Assembly (NCBI RefSeq): GCF_037042905.1 | Contig: NC_087251.1 | Span: forward strand, 38,504,001-38,568,000 | Direction: 5' to 3' | Length of the DNA stretch: 64,000 bases | DNA from: Lytechinus pictus | Lineage: Eukaryota | Shown: piece by piece, positions 52,701 through 62,388 of the stretch | Position numbering within the stretch: position 1 is the first letter of the stretch | How the letters are laid out: each line of letters opens with the position of its first letter | Position numbers and translations under genes: made by a program | Notes under the pieces: generated by a model | What the model was told of the DNA's origin: nothing | What the model saw: only the letters and a program-made list of their open reading frames with translations | Database searches by the model: none

Positions 52701-55700
52701 AACATTTTGATGGTATTATGAAATAAATGAATTGAATTGAGTAGAAGCAGTAAAGAAGCCTTTCATTTCATCATTGCAGGTTGTAGATGGGAATAGATTC
52801 TGGGCTCATTACATGAATGAAGAAACCCTACAGATCATGTTGACTCTCCTTGAGAAAGCTAATGATGCTGGATATAGAGAGTTAGAGGTAAGAAAACATC
52901 TATTTTTATGTTATTAACTCTATACCTGCTCCCCACGCAACACACCTACTGCCAGTGCACTCAACCCTTAAGTGCCAGCAACTAATCCCCCCTTTGCCAA
53001 GTTTATTTTGGGTAATGCTCAAGAGAGTGATTTTCTAATATTGATCATATTTGAGACACTATAACTTTTCATTCGTAGGTTATATGAAAAAAAGTTGTAC
53101 ATAAAAGTTGTGGGGAATTTCATAATCTCTCCATTGATGCCCATATTTTCTGATGATTTTCTAGCTTTATTTCTGTAAATTAGCAATATTCATGTATAGT
53201 CCCTCACTTGTTTGCGTGCACCGTTTTAGTGTGTTGTGTCTATGTGCAATCCTAGCATATACATTCCTGTACTGTACACTACATGCATGTAGTAATGAAA
53301 TAGTGGTTTTATTGTCTCACCTGCATAGCAGAGTGAGACTATAGGCGCCGCTTTTCCGACGGCGGCGGCGTCAACACCAAATCTTAACCTGAGGTTAAGT
53401 TTTTGAAATGACAGCATAACTTAGAAAGTATATGGACCTAGTTCATGAAACTTATACATAAGGTTAATCAAGTATTACTGAACATCCTGCCTGAGTTTCA
53501 TGTCACATGACCAAGGTCAAAGGTCATTTAGGGTCAATGAACTTAGACCATGTTGGGGGAATCAACATCAAAATCTTAACCTAAGGTTAAGTTTTTGAAA
53601 TGTCATCATAACTTAGAAAATATATGGACCTAGTTCATGAAACTTATACATAAGGTTAATCAAGTATCACTGAACATTCTGCATGAGTTTCACGTCTCAT
53701 GACCAAGGTCAAAGGTCATTTAGGGTCAATGAACTTTGGCCGAATTGGGGGTATCTGTTGAATTACCATCATAACTTTGAAAGTTTATGGATCTGATTCA
53801 TGAAACTTGGACATAATAGTAATCAAGTATTACTGAACATCCTGTGCAAGTTTCAGGTCACATGATCAAGGTCAAAGGTCATTTAGGGTCAATGAACTTT
53901 GGCCAAATTGGGGTATTTGTTGAATTACAGCCATAAATTTGAAAGTGTGTTGGTCTAGTTCATAAAACTTGGACATAATAGTAATCAAGTATCACTGAAC
54001 ATCCTGTGCGAGTTTCAGGTCACATGATCAAGGTCAAAGGTCATGTAAGGTCAAAGAACTTTGGCCACGTTGGGGGTATTTGTTGAATTGCCATCATATC
54101 TCTATAAGTGTATTGGTCTAGTTCATAAAACGTGGAAACGTGGAAGTAACCAAGTATCACTGAACATCTTGTGCGAGTTATAGTAGTTTTCAAAATCGGC
54201 ACTGCTGCTATATTGAATCGCGTGATGCAGGTGAGACGGCCAGAGGCATTCCACTTGTTGATTTTTTCTCAGCTTTTTTTAAATTTTTTTTTTATACCTG
54301 ACCATAAATGTTTGATAGGAAAGAAAGTAATCTCCTCTAATCCCCTGACTCTTCTATCACTTCCTTGGTTTTGTTCCATTGACCCCCCCCCCCCCAAAAA
54401 AAATGAGTGGATTATGTCCTAATTCCACTCACAACAAAGTATCGATTTTTCTGTGTTATATGTAGAGCCTAATTACTCTTGTACGTTCACAAGTAGCTCT
54501 CGTTCTTTGTAATTCCTGCATTACCTATTTACAATACCTGTATAACAATTATCACATCTGTATACTACATGCTTTACTTGATTGTTTAGAAGGGAAAGAA
54601 TTCGAAAGTAGACTTGTAGACACTTTTGAAATACGTTTTATATCTATGAAAAAAAAATCATCCCATCTTATTTATGTAACCATGCAGCCTAATAATACTT
54701 ATTGTTTTAGTTTCTTTTAGTGTTTTATATGATTCCTTCCTAAATACATTAGTATTTGATGTGTACATATAATTATGATAGGTATACGATTCATAGTTTC
54801 AGTCAAGGATGTAATGCATAACCAGCTCTTCCCCCCCCCCCCTCTTCTCCAAGCGTGTATAGTATTAAACTCAATACGTGGTTATGGTATTTTTTTTCTC
54901 TCTTTCTCACTCTCCCTCTCTCCTTCCTACCCCCTCATCCATCACATGCACTCTTTTGCTATAGTTTTTTTTAATCTAGTCTTATATCCAATTCATATTG
55001 ATAAATGTTTTTTTTTTGCTGAATTTGAGTGAATCTATTTTTTCTTTTGGATGAAATCAGTTTGTCTCTATTTCATTTATATCACTTTGAAGTATGAGTA
55101 TAGAAGTAAGAATGAATATCTCCAAATTGTTTATAAACTCTCACTCTCTCTTTCAATCAAGTGCAGTCATAATTTTGCCCTTACACTTACACTTTCATCT
55201 CGCTTGCTCATTTTACATCCCCCTTCATCTCTCTTTCATTTGTATCCTGAAATCTCCCATTCACTGGTTTAGCTATGACTCCTTTCCAATATCACTTTTT
55301 TCATATGGCACAGCATACTCTTAACATGCGAACCTAACTGCATAAACATGTTCTGTATATCTATTTGGTTTACAGCTATTTATTGAAAGAATTCAAAATG
55401 CAAACAAGAATTTTAGTAAATATTGCAATATTAAAATTTACATATTGACCTGACAATGTTGTATGTACCACAATGAAATGAAAATGAAGAAACAAATAGT
55501 GAAAGGGCTCTATGCAGTGCAATGATATGAAATAATCAAGGATATAAATATGATAGTACAATCAGAACAACCCTGGTAACATGCTGACATCTGATTTTTG
55601 TCTCACCTGCATAGCAGAGTGAGACTATAGGCGCCGCTTTTCCGACGGCGGCGGCGGCGTCAACACCAAATCTTAACCTGAGGTTAAGTTTTTGAAATGA

Positions 55701-58700
55701 CAGCATAACTTAGAAAGTATATGGACCTAGTTCATGAAACTTGGCCATAAGGTTAATCAAGTATTACTAAACATCCTGTCTGAGTTTCATGTCACATGAC
55801 CAAGGTCAAAGGTCATTTAGGGTCAATGAACTTAGACCATGTTGGGGGAATCAACATCAAAATCTTAACCTAAGGTTAAGTTTTTGAAATGTCATCATAA
55901 CTTAGAAAATATATGGACCTAGTTCATGAAACTTATACATAAGGTTAATCAAGTATCACTGAACATCCTGCCTGAGTTTTAGGTCACATGACCAAGGTCA
56001 AAGGTCATTTAGGGTCAATGATTTTTGACCATGTTGGGAGAATTATTTTCAAAATCTTAACCGAAGGTTAAGTTTTTGAAATGACATCATAACTTAGAAA
56101 GTATATGGACCTAGTTCATGAAACTTGGGCATAAGGTTAATCAAGTATTAGTGAACATCCTGCTTGAGTTTCACATCACATGACCAAGGTCAAAGGTCAT
56201 TTAGGGTCAATGAACTTTGGCCGAATTGGGGGTATCTGTTGAATTACCATCATAACTTTGAAAGTTTATGGATCTGATTCATGAAACTTGGACATAATAG
56301 TAATCAAGTATTACTGAACATCCTGTGCAAGTTTCAGGTCACATGATCAAGGTCAAAGGTCATTTAGGGTCAATGAACTTTGGCCAAATTGGGGTATTTG
56401 TTGAATTACAGCCATAAATTTGAAAGTGTGTTGGTCTAGTACATAAAACTTGGACATAATAGTAATCAAGTATCACTGAACATCCTGTGCGAGTTTCAGG
56501 TCACATGATCAAGGTCAAAGGTCATGTAAGGTCAAAGAACTTTGGCCACGTTGGGGGTATTTGTTGAATTGCCATCATATCTCTATAAGTGTATTGGTCT
56601 AGTTCATAAAACGTGGAAATAAGAGTAACCAAGTATCACTGAACATCTTGTGCGAGTTATAGTAGTTTTCAAAATCAGCACTGCTGCTATATTGAATCGC
56701 GTGATGCAGGTGAGACGGCCAGAGGCATTCCACTTGTTTTTTTTACACGGTATTTGCATTAGTCAATACAAATTTGCAAGTTATGGCATTAAAAAATAAG
56801 ATGGGTAACATGACACAGTAAGATTGCAATGAAATCGCACGATCAAGAAAATAAAGATATAGCATAATGTTAGGTAGATAGTACTCTGAAATCTCTATAT
56901 TGCAATAAAGTCACATCATAACGTAATGCGTATTGTAATGTAAAACCTTGGCGCTGGCATCAGATAAGATAGTACAAAATTTTACTAGGTCTTATAGCTT
57001 TTCATATGGGATTCTTTTTCATGTCCAAAATTTATTGCACTGTATAATCTGGCAGAGGGAGTTTAACTTTCAGAGTCGTTTTGATAGTTATCAGTTCCGT
57101 CTTCTTCTTGACACGAATCTCTATGCGTGGGACCGTAGTCATCGTCTGAGCTCTTGGACTCGCTCTCCGCCAGAGATTCCTCGGAGTCCGAATCTGCCCG
57201 GGGCTGTGCATCCCTCAGTACCATCGCTCTGTCTGACTTCATCTGGGTCATAAAGTCTCTGCCCCTTCCTCCATTGAGCCATAATGCTCATAAAATCCCG
57301 CAAAAAACTTGAAAAAGTCAAATGTAAGTCGTAGTTATTAGAGCAGTATTCTGATAGCTCGATTCGTACACCGTACAATAAAAACTATTTCAGCGTGGGT
57401 GCGATACACAATTCAATGCAATCGGCGTACACAATTCAATGCAATCGGCGTAAACAATTAGCATTATGCCGTATGTGCGCAGTCATGCACGAAGCAGGGG
57501 AAGGAAGTGCGATCAGTCATGTACAAAGCAGTCGATCGATAGTGCGCTTGCATGTATGAAGCAGTGAAGGGTCGGCGTGCATGCAAGGCCGTGGCAGGTT
57601 ATGAGTTAAGAAATGCATCATCTAATCTGTTATAAGGGATTTTTTTTCTCTTCAATGTACGACAGATTCGAGAACACAGTAAAATGTATTGATAATGCCA
57701 GTCAAATTACAATGAACAGCTGGGAGGTCTTTGTAGAAAATTGGTGAACGGGAACAGCAGTTTAGTCCCAAGTTTTGGAGCTGACGAAAAATTGCAACGA
57801 AACTAAAGTTTTGATTCACCAAATTTCGACAGACTTCTTGGTTGTTCATTTTCATGGAGGGCATTTGAAAATATATTTTCTATGTTCTTGAATCCGTCAT
57901 GGGTCGTGGAGCGAAAGCTCCCTCTTGGTTAGATATATGAATACATTCATAATCTTGAAGAGGATTTTTTTCAATGACATTAAAAGTTTGTACTCATCAA
58001 GTGATTTTTCTGAAAATAGAAAATGTTACTGAGCTATTTTGAAAAGCTTTATGAGCTGAACTTTAACACAAATGTGGTAGAAAATTCTTTGAATTTCTTC
58101 AAGCGATATTTGCATTGCAAACAAAAGCAGATTTCTGGGACCATGTTTCACCAAAATTTTAAATTGTAAATGTTACAAGTTGGTATTTTACCCCTTTCCT
58201 GTGGATTATGATTTTTATATATTTTTTTTTTACTTATTTTTTCCCCCATAATTCCTCCATCCCTCTAGATAGATGGCGCATAATAAATGCTGTGTTTATT
58301 ATTATTATTATTATTATCATTATATGTATACCAATTTTGATTATAATGTCAAGGCTTTAGATATGAATGAGATAAGAGAAGGAGATTTGGTGCTTGCCCC
58401 GTACACTGATGATAACCAAACCAGATACTTCAGGGCTAAGATCCTACACATCAGACGTCCTTCAAGGGACAGCATGCAGGTTAGTCTCTCAATTTGTGTG
58501 TTTCATAATACATGCATGTGAAGTGCACCCTCACTGTGTCGTCACTCTTGAGGTATTGTTCGACCGTAATGTACTCAACAGCATGCTTTAATGACAATGT
58601 TTCTCTTTTAAAGTTAAAAGACAGAAGTTGCAGCAAACAATTATTTCATGAGAAAGTCTTTAAAATCAAGGTTAATGGCCACAATATTATCACAGATCGA

Positions 58701-61700
58701 GATCTGGTACATTGAAATAAACTTATGTTTGTGAATTCTTGATATTTTAGCTGAAAACCGATAATTCTGATGATCACTAACACAGGAAAGCATATGTGGG
58801 ACAGTGTATTGATATTGCTCGGAAAAATACCCGACGTTTGATGGAACTCCGTGCCTATTTTGCTCATTTCTCAGCAATTAGGCATTTTCTTTTAGAGTCA
58901 CTTGGCACATATTTTTTATTCATACATACAAACACTTTAGTGGTAATTTTATTGGATTCTGTTCGAACTCATTTTGAGCTCGTTACCAAAACTGGTATTT
59001 ATCTTTAAAGTATTAAAAAACACTACAGTTTACCTGTTATCTCACTTTTAGTTGTACTGATTAATCCTGTTGGTCCCTTCTATTTTAAATCTTTGTTTAT
59101 ACAAATATTTCTTTACTTTTTCAATTCTCACTCGAGATTTGTGTTATCTTGTATGTGGTCAACCAGCAAGCCTCTCGTGAACATTGGCGATGCAAGTATT
59201 ATGAAATCCTGATTTGAAATAGCAAATGATTTATAAAGGAGAAAGGGATGGGTGGTGATACAGCTCAGAAAATTATGCTAATTTATGCGTAAATCAGACC
59301 TTTTACTATAGAGCATGTATTGAAGGTAGATGTAGATGCTCTTTCTTGTGTTATCAAGTATACCTGAACAAAGATTGGAATCAAATTTAATTGCTTCATT
59401 TCTTTAATTTGATATTTTTTTAATACTGTATATCTTATGTATTCCTTTGTTGTTTGTATCCTTTTGTTTTGGGGTTTTGCAAAAATTAAATTAATTGGCG
59501 ACACTATTTGGATCATTACCAGTATCAGACTAAAACTAATTGACTTTAATCATTAATCGTTAGGTGATCATACATTTATGAGTATATTCTTAAAACACAG
59601 TATGTATTGTATTTGTACATGAACTCAATTTTTTTGGGCAATTTTCAAATCCCATGTGCAATTACAAAAAAATTGCATAATTTGAGAATGGCATACTCGT
59701 TCATCACACATTTGGTGTGCAAAGATGTGAAAATTTCTACAATAAAAAGGCATGCAGTGTTGCACTACCATCTTTGTGTGTATTTTGCAAAACATTTAGG
59801 AGATGGCTTCCAACCACAGCCCTCGGCGATTAATGCTCAAATATGATTGTTTTGTTTCCAGGGAAACCAAGTGGAGGTGTTCTTTGTAGACTACGGCAAC
59901 AGGGAAGTGATTCCTGAGAAGTACCTGCGCTACTTACCCAAGTCACTGCTGAACATTCCATTCCAGGTGAAAAACCCTCTTCAGATCCAACTTCAAAATG
60001 CCTTTCTTGGTCTAATCGTCATTCAGCCCATTTACTATTTTGTCTGATTTGTAGTGAGGTTATCACTTGGTATAACACCAGTTATGGGGCGTTGCAAGAA
60101 ACTTGCGATCAATTGCAAGTCAATTTTCGTTCACGAAATCAAGCATATGCCGTGTAATTAATTGTAAATTTTGCGATTGATTGCTAATCTGCTCCATGAA
60201 ACAAGGAGTGTAATATTATTTGCTGTAGTTGAAAGTGATCAATCAATTGTAAAATTGCAACAGAATATTTGTGATTGATTGCAAATATTTTCTTGCAACA
60301 CCCCCTTAGTCTATATGATTAGATGCCTGTTTCAGGGCCCGTGGGGGGCTGTACAAAAATGTAAAAATTACCATACAATTTTTTGCATGGTCAGCCCCCC
60401 CCCCCCTTTGAAAACCGTTCCGTGGCCCCTGTGTTTATGAATCAAATTTTCATTTGACAAAGTGCAAAATAATAAGTAAATAAAGCGGAAATTAGACCAT
60501 CTTGCTGATAGACTAAATGACAGTCAGACAAAGTGAGTAATAGACCAAGTGACGTTGTTAGACCAAATAATGTTTAGACCAAATTGATAATAGACCAAGT
60601 GACGGTTAGTGTGTCAGACCAATTAATGTTTAGACCAAATTGATAATAGACCAAGTGACGGTTAGTGTGTTAGACCAAATTGATAATAGACCAAGTGATG
60701 GTTAGTGTGTTAGACCAATCAATGTTTAGACCAAATTGATAATAGACCAAGTGACGGTTAGTGTGTTAGACCAATCAGTGTTTGGACCAAATTGATAATA
60801 GACCAAGTGATGGTTAGTGTGTTAGACCAATACATGTTTAGTCCAAATTGATAATAGACCAAGTGACGGTTAGTGTGTTAGACCAATCAATGTTTAGTCC
60901 AAATTGATAATAGACCAAGTGACGGTTAGTGTGTTAGACCAATCAATGTTTAGACCAAATCAGTAATAGACCAAGTGGATATAGACCATGAAGTATGCGT
61001 TGATTAAATGGATTCTTTGCCTTTGCCTCATATTTTCTGTTTATGTACTTGACCATTACTAGCTGACATGAGCTACATGTATACAACTTGTGAACTATTT
61101 TTTCTTTTATCATCACAATGTACTTGGATAACCCCCAATCAAGCTCTCTGTAGCTTTCTGTTTTTATTGTATTTCGCTAAATAAATTTTACATTCATATA
61201 CCCATGTTAAGAGGTTCAATGACATTTGCTCTGGCGACAATTGCCCTGATGGAAAATCTGCATGTTAAGCCAAGCATGAAACTTAACCTCCAAAACTAAA
61301 TAAAGCCTAATCCTTATCTTTACATTTTTCTGAAACAAAAACTCTCATACAGTCCTAGCTCAAACCCTGGCTACGCCCTGTGAGATTTTAAGACCGGAAC
61401 AAATGTTGCAGGAGCAAGTGTCTTGTCACTATGTAACAATGTGTTATGCTTTTTTTTCAATTGGTTTTAAGTATATAGTTTGAATGTATTTATTTTGTGT
61501 TGCTTGTGATTTTTCATTGGAAATAAAATATCAGTCAATCAATCTTTTGTGCTATTCTACGTAGGCCTTTGAGTGTGTTCTAGCCGGCATCAAGCCTCTC
61601 TACAAGCTGCCTCATAACCAGTGGCTTCCGAAGGCCAGAACAGTCCTCGAAGAGAACATCATCCAGAACATATCTTTCCAAGCCAAGGTGAGATTTGAGT

Positions 61701-62357
61701 TTGTCTTGTTGCAATGCTCCCCTGGGAGTGGAGAAAGGGTATGCATTGTGTGTGGGCGAACCAGGGGAGCGTTTCATGAAGGGACTTGTCAGACGTTTTA
61801 TCCAAAAGTTTCCATATTAACAATGCCTCTCAGCCAATCAAAATCAAGGAAAGTTGTCAGATCTGACAACTTGTCGGATGAAAATGTTGATGAAACACTC
61901 CCAAGGATATGATGAGAGGGGAGTAACATATATCGTAAAGCCCGGCGCAGACTATGCGATTCATTGCGATCCCAATTTCAAAGAAGTTTGTAATAACATT
62001 TGATTTGAACATTCCTACCAATTAAATCTTAGCGATCAGGGTTCAGATAGTGGAAGGACTACTGAAATAAAAATTCAGGCTAGTTCGAGCTTCCCTGTAG
62101 GAATAAAAGCAAATTCAAATCCAAATCATAATGACGTCATCATCGGCTTTGACTTCAAGCCGATTTGGACTTTACTCAGACCACGAGGCCTGCCACAAAG
62201 CAAAATGCGATTTATCGAAAAATTGCGTCGCATCGTATCGCATAGTGTGCACTGGGCTTAAGATGGAAAAAAAGGTGGGAGTGTCTTCATGGCGCAATGT
62301 CAGTGTAAAGCTTTGTAAAAGGGAAAATGCTGATTTTAATAGATGATATTGATGATG

Positions 62358-62388
<31 letters not shown>

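Larger units (their letters stand above)
52918..57605 (-). mobile_element. Decayed piggyBac-like element hosting two HINEs
   Basis: TTAA|CTCTATACCTGC...GCAGGTTATGAG|TTAA (9 of 12 inverted match); acidic Ser/Asp-rich coding relic on the minus strand at about 57063-57283. Confidence 0.6.

Noticed and set aside
60535..60990. CRISPR-like repeat pattern
   Set aside because: The intervening sequences are themselves repeated; no cas genes
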